64,000 bases of DNA from the IMG/VR virus record IMGVR_UViG_3300017814_000143. One strand, given 5' to 3'. The translations under genes were made by a program, and so were the position numbers. A model generated the notes under the pieces. That model saw only the letters and a list, made by a program, of their open reading frames with translations, did not search any database and had not been told where the DNA came from. This document shows, one piece after another, positions 27,703-37,063 of the stretch (position 1 is its first letter; each line of letters opens with the position of its first letter). Origin of the DNA: an uncultured virus (IMG/VR IMGVR_UViG_3300017814_000143) (taxonomy: Duplodnaviria; Heunggongvirae; Uroviricota; Caudoviricetes).

Positions 27703-30452
27703 CTCTCACCATCCAACATGGCCTGGAACTCGTGCAACCCCGTCAGATCGTGCACAGGGCCGTCCAGCTGCCCGATAAGCTTGCTCAGCTCGTCCTCGGA
27801 TGCCTTGATGTCCTGGGAGACGTCGGAGAATCTGACCACGTACTTCTCCGCGAGATGCTCCGCTGCCGTCACCAGACGGCTCACGGCCATACGAGGGAGG
27901 GTCTCGATGCCGGCGATGATTGGCTCGATCCACTTGGCATCGAGAAGCATGGCCACCTCGTCGTCCGTCAGACTGGTGATGGTGTCCTTCGTCTTTTCGT
28001 GAAGGGCCTTCTCCATGTCCTTGACCTCAGACTTGAGCTGCTTCTTCTCACCGAGCAGACAGTCCGCCTCGGCCATCCTCTGCTCGAACGACCCATCGGG
28101 AAAGCCGATGGTCCTCATAAGCTCGTCCAGACGCGCCTTCACCACGCTGGCATTGTAGGCCCCAGCCTTGTTGTGCTCCATGGCAGCCCAATCGACCTCA
28201 CTGTGGGCCGCAATGAAGGCCCTCTTCTCGGGAGCCCTCGATAGCTCTAGGTACTCCTTGAGTGCCCTCATCTCCACGGTTGCGTAGTCATTGGCCGCGT
28301 CCACGAGGACAGCCCTGAGCCCGGCTTCGTCGAATCCGTCATTGCCATCGTTGATGGCATCCGACTGGAGCTCGTCCTCGTCGAGGTCGCCGACGATCTC
28401 CTCGAGCCGGGCCTCTATCTCCGCCATGCGCTCGTTCTTCTTGTCGATGGCGGCTGCTTCGCTCGGGAGGAGCACGTGCTGCACGAGGTCGAACGGTAGG
28501 AGGGCGCCCTCCCAACCTTCCTGGACGTCGGTGTCGACGCCACGCCTCTTCCTCGTCACGATGTGGGGTTTCACGCCTCGTGCGTAGGCCATGCCGTTCG
28601 TCTGCAGGTTTTCGAGGTCACCCGATATGGTGGTCCAGGCGTCATCCACGATCTGGTAGGCGTCGTACTTGTCGATGAGCGGGCAGTCCGCGACGCAGCC
28701 GTACACCTCCTCGACTACGCCTCGCTCGCCGGCGACGGCGTCCACCGCCAGCGGGTCGTCTACGAGAGAGCCGTGAAGGCGCGCACCGAGCCCCCTGGTC
28801 CTTCCCGCACAACCATCCAAGTAGCCCTGCACCGCCTCGTCATCGCGCACATGCGACGCGATATCACCGACCGCCACCTCTGAGCACTCGTCATCGACCC
28901 TGCCGAAGAGTCTGCCGCGCAGCCCGGGCAGTGCCTGCCAGTACTCGTCCAGCTGGTCTATCTCATGGTTCGGGATGCCGCCGAACATCGTCGAGTAGAT
29001 GTCCCAGGTCTCGCCAGGCTCCGAGGAGTCGACGTACCGAGGGATGTTCAGGTTGTAGTCGTTGGCGACCATCTCGTCCTTCCCGACCACGCGGCTGAAC
29101 TTCGGATGCTCCTCACGGTTGACGACGGCGTCGACGACCCTCTGCACGTCGGAGGTGCGCAGCCTGTTCTTGGCTCCGTCCTTCGTGAAGCCCTTGCTCG
29201 CATCCACGAAGAGGACCGTGTCATCGCTACGCGTCGGTCGCAGCACCATGACGATGGTCGGGATGCCCGTACCGTAGAAGATGTTGGGTGGCAGCCCGAT
29301 GACAGCCTCGATGTTCCTATGGTCGACGAGATGCTTGCGAATCTCGCCCTCGGCGCCCCCCCGGAAGAGCACACCATGCGGCAGGACGATGGTCATGATG
29401 CCGTCGGGCTTCACGTGATAGAGCGTATGCAGCAGGAAGGCGTAGTCCGCCTTGGACTTCGGGGCAAGCCCCGCCGCGAAGCGGGGGTCGGCCCCAGGCT
29501 CGGGGGGGTTCCACTTCTTCGAGTAGGGCGGGTTGCTGGTCGCCGCGTCCGCCCGCACGGGCTCATAGGTCTCGTCGGGATTCGCGTCGTCGAACCATGG
29601 CCAGTCGCGTGCCAGGGAGTCGCCGTTTCTTGCCATGATGTTGGCGGGCTTGATTCCGCGCATGAGGAGGTTCATCCTCGTGAGGTTCCAGGTCGCCTTC
29701 TCCTTCTCCTGCGCGAAGTACTTGACCGCATCGCGGTCACAGCTCTGCCTGGAGAAGGCTTGGCCTACCGTGAGCAGGAGCGACCCCGAGCCGGATGCCG
29801 GGTCGTAGACCTTGATGCTCGGGCGACCCTTGAGGTGGTGGGCGATGATCTCGGACATCATCACCGAGACCTCGTGCGGGGTGTAGAACTCGCCGGACTT
29901 CCTCCCCGCGTTCGAGGCGAACTGCTGGCAGAGGTACTCATAGACGAATCCGAGCACGTCGTAGTCCTCGCGCCCGTCCACCGGGATTTCGTCGATGATG
30001 GACAACAGGCTGCTTGCGGCAGCCGTCTGTTGCCCAGCCGTGGTCCCTAGCTTCGGAAGACCGTTTCCGAGGGTCTCCAAAATGCCGCCAAAGACCCTCT
30101 TGTAGTTCGGGGAGATGAGCCTCTCGAAGGCGTTCAGACCCTCATAGACATGGTTTATATTAAATTCCGTGCGCTTGCACTCGTCCGTCCAGGTGCTGAA
30201 GAGGTGCGGGTATGCAATGAAATAGCCGACGCCTTCCTGTACGTCCCCGACGAGCCTCTTGTCGTCCTCGGTCACATCGGGCAGGTCGTCATCCTGGAGC
30301 TCCATGGACCTGAGGTAGTCGACCTCATGCTGGCTCAAATACTTGTAGAACAGAAAGCCTAGGACGTAGTCCTTGTACTCGCCTGCGTTCATGTTGCCGC
30401 GCAACTCGTCCGCGGCAGCCCAGACCCTGCTGGCAAGCTCCTGCTTGTTCAT
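27699..30452 (-). CDS. hsdM: Type I methyltransferase subunit M with long C-terminal extension (917 aa)
   Basis: GEFYTP, YDPASGSGSLL, SNPPY, PHGVLFRG, YNLNIPRYVD. Confidence 0.95.
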   Translation of the reverse strand: MNKQELASRVWAAADELRGNMNAGEYKDYVLGFLFYKYLSQHEVDYLRSMELQDDDLPDVTEDDKRLVGDVQEGVGYFIAYPHLFSTWTDECKRTEFNINHVYEGLNAFERLISPNYKRVFGGILETLGNGLPKLGTTAGQQTAAASSLLSIIDEIPVDGREDYDVLGFVYEYLCQQFASNAGRKSGEFYTPHEVSVMMSEIIAHHLKGRPSIKVYDPASGSGSLLLTVGQAFSRQSCDRDAVKYFAQEKEKATWNLTRMNLLMRGIKPANIMARNGDSLARDWPWFDDANPDETYEPVRADAATSNPPYSKKWNPPEPGADPRFAAGLAPKSKADYAFLLHTLYHVKPDGIMTIVLPHGVLFRGGAEGEIRKHLVDHRNIEAVIGLPPNIFYGTGIPTIVMVLRPTRSDDTVLFVDASKGFTKDGAKNRLRTSDVQRVVDAVVNREEHPKFSRVVGKDEMVANDYNLNIPRYVDSSEPGETWDIYSTMFGGIPNHEIDQLDEYWQALPGLRGRLFGRVDDECSEVAVGDIASHVRDDEAVQGYLDGCAGRTRGLGARLHGSLVDDPLAVDAVAGERGVVEEVYGCVADCPLIDKYDAYQIVDDAWTTISGDLENLQTNGMAYARGVKPHIVTRKRRGVDTDVQEGWEGALLPFDLVQHVLLPSEAAAIDKKNERMAEIEARLEEIVGDLDEDELQSDAINDGNDGFDEAGLRAVLVDAANDYATVEMRALKEYLELSRAPEKRAFIAAHSEVDWAAMEHNKAGAYNASVVKARLDELMRTIGFPDGSFEQRMAEADCLLGEKKQLKSEVKDMEKALHEKTKDTITSLTDDEVAMLLDAKWIEPIIAGIETLPRMAVSRLVTAAEHLAEKYVVRFSDVSQDIKASEDELSKLIGQLDGPVHDLTGLHEFQAMLDGER

Positions 30453-30719
30453 TATCCGCCCCTTGTCGCGTGAGTCGTCGATCATACGATCGCAGTCCAT
30501 TCTACCGTTGACCCCGGACACATATGGACGGATTCGTCCGGTGAGGATCGTTGCCCTAGTTCTCCCGGAGCCAAGGTCAGCAAACGGCCTTCTCGCACGC
30601 ATGGGCATGCGAAATGGAGCCCTCTTGTCACTCCCGTCGATATCGTCAGACCCCAGACATCTGTGCCGCGAATCTTCCACCTCAGGATTCATGTCCGCCG
30701 TACGGCGTATGCTCATGGC

Positions 30720-31307
30720 ATGACAGACGAAAGGGGATTTCCCATGCCAGGCCCACGTGACGGGAACAAGAGATCATGGCACCCATCGGAGAGTGACTGG
30801 GCACTCGCATGTGAGCTCGCCTCCGCGCGTGAGGGTGGTCGTGACAAGGCCGCATGGGCACTCCTCTCCCAGATTGAGGGAAGTGGGTCAGGTGATGCCT
30901 CCTACGACGACGGGCACGGGGTCAGGGACGCCGCGGGTGACCTCTGGGGCGTCTATGGGGACACGGACGAGCTCGTCATTGGGACCCACGACGTCGAATC
31001 GGTTGCGGATGCGGAGGCCCTCCTGGAGCTCCTGGCCCCGACGGTAAAGACGCTGCGGGACACCTCCCCTGCCGACCCCGCATGCATCCGCTGGGGACGT
31101 ACGGACGGCGAGCTGCGCTTCGATGTCTACAGCCTGGTCGACGGAGAGCAGAGGGCCCTGGGTCTCGCAAGGGCACGTGGAGAGAGGACCATCCGCCGTC
31201 TCTCGGACGACGCCGACGTGGAGGTCTCCTACGAGGGGTCGGGCTGGTGCGACTTCTCGAGCGAGTCCTGGGGTCACTACATGAGGATTCGGCACCACCT
31301 CATATAG
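30720..31307 (+). CDS. Hypothetical protein (start uncertain)
   Basis: ORF with plausible composition between hsdM and gmrSD. Confidence 0.5.
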   Translation: MTDERGFPMPGPRDGNKRSWHPSESDWALACELASAREGGRDKAAWALLSQIEGSGSGDASYDDGHGVRDAAGDLWGVYGDTDELVIGTHDVESVADAEALLELLAPTVKTLRDTSPADPACIRWGRTDGELRFDVYSLVDGEQRALGLARARGERTIRRLSDDADVEVSYEGSGWCDFSSESWGHYMRIRHHLI

Positions 31308-31501
31308 CCTCTGGCCCCGCAGACGGGACATGGGTAGCGGGACAGCCCGGGCAGCCGGCACGGTTGCCCTAAAGGCTGCGGCTCTTGCAAAGGTGCAACG
31401 AGGCACCTACGCGCGCGGTCCCATCGATGGAACCAGACGGCCCCTTGTCGTCCTTTGCCGGAACCCGGCGTTTGTGTTCCGTTTTGCAGGCAAACCCGCC
31501 C

Positions 31502-31534
31502 CGGCCGTGTCCCTAAAAACCGGGGACACGGCCG
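31502..31534. terminator. Hairpin after gmrSD-like stop
   Basis: Perfect 12-bp stem CGGCCGTGTCCC/GGGACACGGCCG between convergent genes. Confidence 0.5.
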
Positions 31535-31542
31535 TCCCGATG

Positions 31543-33276
31543 CTACTCCAGCAGGCCATTAGCCCCCACGTAGTCCAAGAACGACCCGATGATGCGGTCG
31601 TTGCGGTCCCGAATGTCCTGCTCCGTAAAGTCGTCGGCCTTGCTTGCCAGGTCGACGAGCTCATGCACCTTCGTCGGTTCCTTGGTCTGTTCCCTGGCAT
31701 CGGTGAACCCGAGGTAGTACTTCTTCTTGTCGGCGAAGCCGTAGTCGGTGGCGCGGATGTTGATGCGGGACTCCAGGAGCGCCTTGTTTCCGAGGGTCTC
31801 CAGATTCCCGATGTCCCTGAGCCCGCTCTCGCGTTCCGCGCGCTTCCTCGCGTAGATGTGCTCGATCTCCAGTCTCGTGTCTAGCCCGATGAGGGGCTGG
31901 TCGGGATCGTTGAATGCCCACCAGGCAAGCATCGACTTGGTGATCGGCCTGTTGTTCGTGAACGTGTACGACCTGATGAGCCCCTCCAGCGCCTTGCGGT
32001 CGAACCTATGACCACCGAAGGTGACCTCCTTACCCCTCACGATGTTGATCATCTCGGGGTAGACGGGTGCCCTGAGGGCGTTCACGCCCGGTCTTTCGAT
32101 GGCGTAGGCGAAGACGAAGGCGATGGTCCTGTCGAGGAAGGCATGGAAACGCTCCTCGTCGAGCTCGCCGTCGGCGCCGCGGTTCTGGAGGAAGTAGACG
32201 GAGGTGAGATAGGTCCACATCCCGTTGGGGGCGTAGTTGAGGACGAAGAACCTCCTCAGCACCCTGTCGGAGAACCCGTCCTGCGCGGCGACCGCCTTCC
32301 AGAACCCCATGAGCGCCTCGAGGTCATCTAGGGTCCGATCCTTCTTGAGGAGCTCGTAGCCGTTCCTCTCGTAGAAGCCCCTCAGCGCCTCGGTGGTGGT
32401 GCTCCTGTTGCCCTGCCTGGCACGCTGGAAGTACATGTACCTGGAGAAGAGCTCGTCCATGGGCGTACCGCTCTGCGGGCAGAACGTCTCGCCGCTTGAC
32501 TCCTCGAGCGCCTTCCACCGCTCGATGAAGTCGTCCTTCCTTCCCTCGTCGGAGAAGTGCCGGTAGAACTGGGACTTGAAGATGTCCGCGTCCGAGAGCG
32601 GAAGCCCCCTGTCGTTCAGCGTGGAGAATATCCTGAGGGCGGTGTCCTGGGACTCCGCCTCGATGGGCAGGAGGATCACGTTGTTGAGGATTCTCACGGG
32701 GAGCAACGCCGTGTACATGGAATACTCGCTGACGAACGTCCTTATCCTCTCCTGGAAGAACTTGAAGTTCTTCGCGTAGCTGCTCTTCCACCCGCCTTGC
32801 ACCGTGCCGCCACGGAGGATGCTGAGGAACTCGGCCTTGTCGTCGTCGGACGCGACCTCCGAGTCGATCTTCAGCTCGTTCGTGTTTGGGTTACCGAACT
32901 CGTCGGTCTTCCAGATGCACTGGGAGATCATGTCGCGAGTCTTTTCGGTGTTCGGGTCTTTTGCGCATTGGAACTTCTCATAAAACGCCCGCAGCAGAAG
33001 CATGATGGTCGTGAGGCGCTGCTGGCCGTCGATGATCTCCTGCTTCCCATTGTTCTCGAAGGTCACGATCGGGCCGAGGAAGTACTCGTCGTCGTGGCTG
33101 TTGAATTGGCTCGAGTCATCGTTGGGGAACGCGAAGGAGGACAGGTCGTCCCAGAGCGTGGCGCACTCGTCCTCACCCCAGGCGTACGGACGCTGGTAGT
33201 CAGGAATGAGGAAGTCGGCCTTGCTATCGCTCAGCAGCTTATAAATGGATTTCTGCTCAATGTTCAGGTTTGACAT
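31543..33276 (-). CDS. GmrSD-family (DUF262 + DUF1524/HNH) modification-dependent restriction protein
   Basis: IPDYQRPYAW, IIDGQQRLTT, FSTLNDRG, IEHIY, LGNKALL. Confidence 0.88.
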   Translation of the reverse strand: MSNLNIEQKSIYKLLSDSKADFLIPDYQRPYAWGEDECATLWDDLSSFAFPNDDSSQFNSHDDEYFLGPIVTFENNGKQEIIDGQQRLTTIMLLLRAFYEKFQCAKDPNTEKTRDMISQCIWKTDEFGNPNTNELKIDSEVASDDDKAEFLSILRGGTVQGGWKSSYAKNFKFFQERIRTFVSEYSMYTALLPVRILNNVILLPIEAESQDTALRIFSTLNDRGLPLSDADIFKSQFYRHFSDEGRKDDFIERWKALEESSGETFCPQSGTPMDELFSRYMYFQRARQGNRSTTTEALRGFYERNGYELLKKDRTLDDLEALMGFWKAVAAQDGFSDRVLRRFFVLNYAPNGMWTYLTSVYFLQNRGADGELDEERFHAFLDRTIAFVFAYAIERPGVNALRAPVYPEMINIVRGKEVTFGGHRFDRKALEGLIRSYTFTNNRPITKSMLAWWAFNDPDQPLIGLDTRLEIEHIYARKRAERESGLRDIGNLETLGNKALLESRINIRATDYGFADKKKYYLGFTDAREQTKEPTKVHELVDLASKADDFTEQDIRDRNDRIIGSFLDYVGANGLLE

Positions 33277-33429
33277 GGACGCACCCCTGTATTCTCTTCT
33301 TCAAACGATTCCCTGACGCTCTCCGTCGGGCTGACGGCTAGATGTTGAGTCATCGGGGTCTGCCACAGATCATCCTATGCTCATGCTCGAGACCGTAGAC
33401 ACAAACAGCCGACTTGGAAAACCGGGCTA

Positions 33430-33714
33430 TCACGCCAGCCTCTGCTGCCACTTGTTGCCGCCCTTCCAGCCTGCGTCGTACTTGTTGTCGACGAAGAAGA
33501 CCTTCAGGTCGCAGTCATACTGGCTGTCCACCCAGCAGACCTTCACCGTCGCGTCGTACTGGCTGTCGACGTAGAACCACTCCTCGCCCTTCCCCTCGGC
33601 GTCGTACTGGCTGTCCGCCACATGGACGCAGAGGTCCGCGTCGTAGCCCAACGAGACCTTGAAGACCTTGACGTCCGCATCGTACTGGCTGTCTGCCACA
33701 AACACCTTCGCCAT
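33430..33714 (-). CDS. Small tandem-repeat protein (DUF6150-like)
   Basis: About six ~13-aa repeats V.SQYDAD.KV. Confidence 0.7.
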   Translation of the reverse strand: MAKVFVADSQYDADVKVFKVSLGYDADLCVHVADSQYDAEGKGEEWFYVDSQYDATVKVCWVDSQYDCDLKVFFVDNKYDAGWKGGNKWQQRLA

Positions 33715-33886
33715 CACAGGCTCCCTTCGTCGTGGTCGGCCACTGCGGCCGACCCGTCATCCGGCCGGTGCCCCGTGGCATCGGTCGGTCTTGCACGCAT
33801 CGTAGAGGAAGGGGCGGACAACAATCAGGAGGCCACGTCCGATCGCCCTCCCTCTCCTCGAGCCACCGCGAGCCAGACGCCGTCCC

Positions 33887-34888
33887 TCAGCCATTGAACG
33901 CATAGGACTGGGCGTAGGTCGCGCCACCGTAGCTCCAGGAGACCTCCGCGCCTACTCCGCCCTCGGGGTCGTAGGTGAACTGCAGGGAGGCAGGGGTCGA
34001 AGAGCCGTCCTGCCCGGAGTCCCGACTCAGCGTGAAGGCGGTGCCTGCCGTGGCAGGGTAGCTTCCCGAGTAGGTCGCCGAGCCCGTGACGGTGGTGCCC
34101 TTGCCACCGAAGAAACGGGTCCAGAAGGTGGCCCCGGAGAGATAGGACCACTCGAGCTCGAGATGCATCTCGTGGTCGTCCGCGCCAAGGAACGTGACGC
34201 TGCTCGTGACATAGTCGCTGCCACCGTCGGAGCAGGTCCCTCCCTCGGAGTCGAAGGTCCTTCCCCTGAGGCTTGAGGTGTACGTCATCCCAGAGGTGGA
34301 AAGGGGGGCTGCCGTCCACTCGCGCCCGTCGAAGGTGAGCTCGCAGGTCGCCGTGCCGCTCCCCTGCGCATACCAGTCCTGGCAGCGGGCAGGTATCGAG
34401 ACCTCGCACGTCTGGGCGCTCCCGTCAAAGTCGACCGCCGCCTGGTCATAGTCCAGGCTGACGTCCTGGTCGATCTGGCTTGCGTCGAGACCTCCCTGGA
34501 GGTCGTCGGGGGCATTCGTCGCCGTGGCGTCCGACGAGGTGACGGAGCCGTCGGTGCAGACCCACCTCCCGGCCTGGCGCGAGAACGTCAGATGGACCTG
34601 GGCCGTGACGTCGAAGAGGTCGTTCGCGAGCGTCACGTCGCAGTCGGCCTCGGCCTTGCCGACGCCGCCCGAGCGGCTCACCACCTCGCACGAGGACACG
34701 CCAAGCCCCTCCCCGCTCGTGAGCGCCTGGCTGACGAAGTCCCCGGGATCGTTGCCCGCCATGTCAGAGACGGCCGTCTTGACGTCGGCGTCCGTGACCG
34801 TGCCGAACCCGCAGAACCACCAGACGGCCCCCATGGCCAGGACGACCGCCACGGCGGCCATGGCCACGCGCCTCCCCCTCTTCCTCAT
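33887..34888 (-). CDS. Membrane-anchored/secreted Ser/Thr/Gly-rich protein
   Basis: MRKRGRR plus hydrophobic helix; paired Cys. Confidence 0.65.
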   Translation of the reverse strand: MRKRGRRVAMAAVAVVLAMGAVWWFCGFGTVTDADVKTAVSDMAGNDPGDFVSQALTSGEGLGVSSCEVVSRSGGVGKAEADCDVTLANDLFDVTAQVHLTFSRQAGRWVCTDGSVTSSDATATNAPDDLQGGLDASQIDQDVSLDYDQAAVDFDGSAQTCEVSIPARCQDWYAQGSGTATCELTFDGREWTAAPLSTSGMTYTSSLRGRTFDSEGGTCSDGGSDYVTSSVTFLGADDHEMHLELEWSYLSGATFWTRFFGGKGTTVTGSATYSGSYPATAGTAFTLSRDSGQDGSSTPASLQFTYDPEGGVGAEVSWSYGGATYAQSYAFNG

Positions 34889-34953
34889 CGCGTTCACTCC
34901 CTTTGCGGTGCGTGCCACGAGACCAGCAACCAGACGCGTACCAGCCCGCACAT

Positions 34954-34986
34954 ATGTCTCTTATAAGTGACATTAAGCAGTATAAT
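34954..34986. promoter_or_regulatory. Palindromic operator and -10 box between divergent genes
   Basis: ATGTCTCTTATAAGTGACAT (20 bp, one mismatched pair); TATAAT at 34981. Confidence 0.6.
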
Positions 34987-35044
34987 CATCGTATAAGGGA
35001 GGATGTCGCAACACTACGGAGCAATTCAGGGGAGGACGAACGCG

Positions 35045-35470
35045 ATGGAGGAGGGACCAATCACCAGAAGGACATTTCTCGCTGCGGCAGCCTGCGTGGC
35101 CGGGCTTGCAGCTGTGGGTGTCGCATCCAGCTGCTCGCCGGAAGGCGTCACGAGGGGCGTGTACGTATACGATGCGTCACTCAGCTCGTCGTGGGGATAT
35201 GCGGTCTACACGAAGGAAAAGGACGGGGTAGACCAGATTGACAATGTTGAGTCGGTGACGAACAACTCGAGCGTAGTCGCCGGCTACCGCCTCAGGGGAG
35301 AGGCGCGGGCCTACACTCTCCAGGACGGGAAGGTCTCCTTCAAGGTGTCGCAGGGCGCGCTGAAGACAACGACTCTCGTCTACGACTCGAAGGGCCCGAC
35401 GCTCACAGACCAGAGTGACAAGAGGGAGGAATACTCGCTCAACGCTTCCCTGACCTCGAAGCTCATGTGA
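35045..35470 (+). CDS. Putative Tat-exported lipoprotein
   Basis: TRRTFL twin-arginine motif, hydrophobic stretch, ASSC lipobox-like. Confidence 0.6.
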   Translation: MEEGPITRRTFLAAAACVAGLAAVGVASSCSPEGVTRGVYVYDASLSSSWGYAVYTKEKDGVDQIDNVESVTNNSSVVAGYRLRGEARAYTLQDGKVSFKVSQGALKTTTLVYDSKGPTLTDQSDKREEYSLNASLTSKLM

Positions 35471-35484
35471 GCAGACGCCTGGGA

Positions 35485-35718
35485 TCACCCGTCCTCGAAC
35501 GATGACGCCCCGAAGAACTCGCTGAGCGTCACGCCGAGACCCGTGGCTATCCTCTCCAGGTTGATCACGGAGACGTTCCTCTTGCCCGCCTCGACCTCCG
35601 CGAGGTAGGTCCTGGCCATGCCGATGGCATAGGCGAGGCTCTCCTGGCTCACGCCCCGCTCGGCCCTGAGCTCCTTGATGCGAAGACCGACCCTGCGCCT
35701 GACGTCCGGCTCTGCCAC
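35485..35718 (-). CDS. XRE-family HTH regulator (RM controller-like; start may be 35742)
   Basis: IKELRAERGVSQESLA..TYLAEVEAGKRNVS. Confidence 0.85.
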   Translation of the reverse strand: MAEPDVRRRVGLRIKELRAERGVSQESLAYAIGMARTYLAEVEAGKRNVSVINLERIATGLGVTLSEFFGASSFEDG

Positions 35719-35895
35719 CGGTACCACCCCCCTGGGTGACATGTCACATCGTTGTCACCCAAAGGACAACGCTCTATGAGTGACAATCGCCTCGTGGGAC
35801 GACGTCGGCAGGGGCGCGACCCGGGCTTGCGACGGGCAGTCCGGGCCGCTAGTCTTTGTATGAATAGGCGGCGCGCGCGTAGGGCGGTGGTGTGC

Positions 35896-36531
35896 ATGGC
35901 GGCAAGGTCGACGGAGGCCGAGGTCGACACGAGGGTCGAGGAGGTCATGGGGCTCATGGTCGACGGGTGCTCGCGCACGGACATATGCGAATATGCGCGG
36001 AAGAACTGGGGCGTGGGACGCTCCGAGGCCGACCGCTACGCCCAGAGGGCGCGGGAGGCCATGCGGACGTGGCACAGGGACAGCCTCGAGGAGAGGGCGA
36101 CGCTCTCCGCCGCACGTCACGAGCGTCTCTTCAGGCTCGCCGTGGTGGACGGGGACTACAGCGCGGCCGAGCGCATCCTGAAGGACATGGACGACCTCCA
36201 GGGGCTCAGGAACGGGGCCGCGTACCAGCAGGAGGCGGACCAGAACGACGCCGACGGGTTCTGGGACGCCATGAGCGCCTACGGCTCGGCCATCAGGGAC
36301 ACCTGCTCCCCCGAGCAGGTCACGGCCATCGTGACAAAGGCCAACGCCCTCGGCGCGGCCTTCAACATCGGCAACGTCCCCAAGGAGCATCCCATCGACC
36401 CGGACGTCGAGCGCGTCCTCCGGCAGGCGGCCATCGACAAGCGTGAGCTGGGGCACACGCGCACCCGGGAGGAACTCATCGAGGCGGGCGTCATCGACCC
36501 CAGGAGGCTGGACCTGCCGCCAGGGATGTAG
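35896..36531 (+). CDS. Hypothetical protein with N-terminal HTH (possibly small-terminase-like)
   Basis: DICEYARKNWGVGRSEADRY, helical remainder. Confidence 0.5.
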   Translation: MAARSTEAEVDTRVEEVMGLMVDGCSRTDICEYARKNWGVGRSEADRYAQRAREAMRTWHRDSLEERATLSAARHERLFRLAVVDGDYSAAERILKDMDDLQGLRNGAAYQQEADQNDADGFWDAMSAYGSAIRDTCSPEQVTAIVTKANALGAAFNIGNVPKEHPIDPDVERVLRQAAIDKRELGHTRTREELIEAGVIDPRRLDLPPGM

Positions 36532-36901
36532 GCGGACCCAGAAAGACACCGCACGACCTACCAGACGGCAAACGCAGCACAGGCGCTGAATAATTATTCG
36601 AGACAGAAGCCGGAATGGTCAAAACACCATCACGTGCCAGACCGTAGGCAATGTGGAGCCTCATGAGCTGACAGCAAGGGGAGACCGAACATACGTGCAG
36701 AGGATTCTATCCCCAGCATCGAAGAACGGGCACCTTCGGTAGATCAAACGCATGCTCAAAAGGAGCCACCTGTATCGACGCGTCCCAGAATCTCCGGCAA
36801 GGACCGGCCAGCAGAGGGGCGTTCAAACCACCTCAGCGAGATATATGAACGAGCGTCCCGAGACCAGTTTTGTGTGTAACACATAAAACTGTGTTATGTG
36901 C

Positions 36902-36939
36902 AAACAAAAGAGGTAGGTAGTCATATGACTATCTACCTC
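36902..36939 (-). terminator. Intrinsic terminator downstream of tRNA-Lys fragment
   Basis: Stem 36910-36922/36927-36939 followed by TTTTGTTT on minus strand. Confidence 0.75.
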
Positions 36940-36949
36940 GTGTTTTCTC

Positions 36950-36996
36950 TGGTGCGCCGTGTGGGGGTCGAACCCACGACCTTGGGATTAAAAGTC
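36950..36996 (-). mobile_element. Prophage att site: 3' half of tRNA-Lys(TTT)
   Basis: Minus strand GACTTTTAATCCCAAGGTCGTGGGTTCGACCCCCACACGGCGCACCA; 5' half absent; next to integrase. Confidence 0.85.
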
Positions 36997-37063
36997 GCTC
37001 ATGAACCGCTCTCTCGGCGAACGTACACCCATCTAGCGGCATAAACGCCGATGGTGGCAGACC

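Noticed and set aside
33430..33714. Repeated GTCGTACTGGCTGTC units as a CRISPR array
   Set aside because: They encode in-frame DSQYD repeats; no cas genes.
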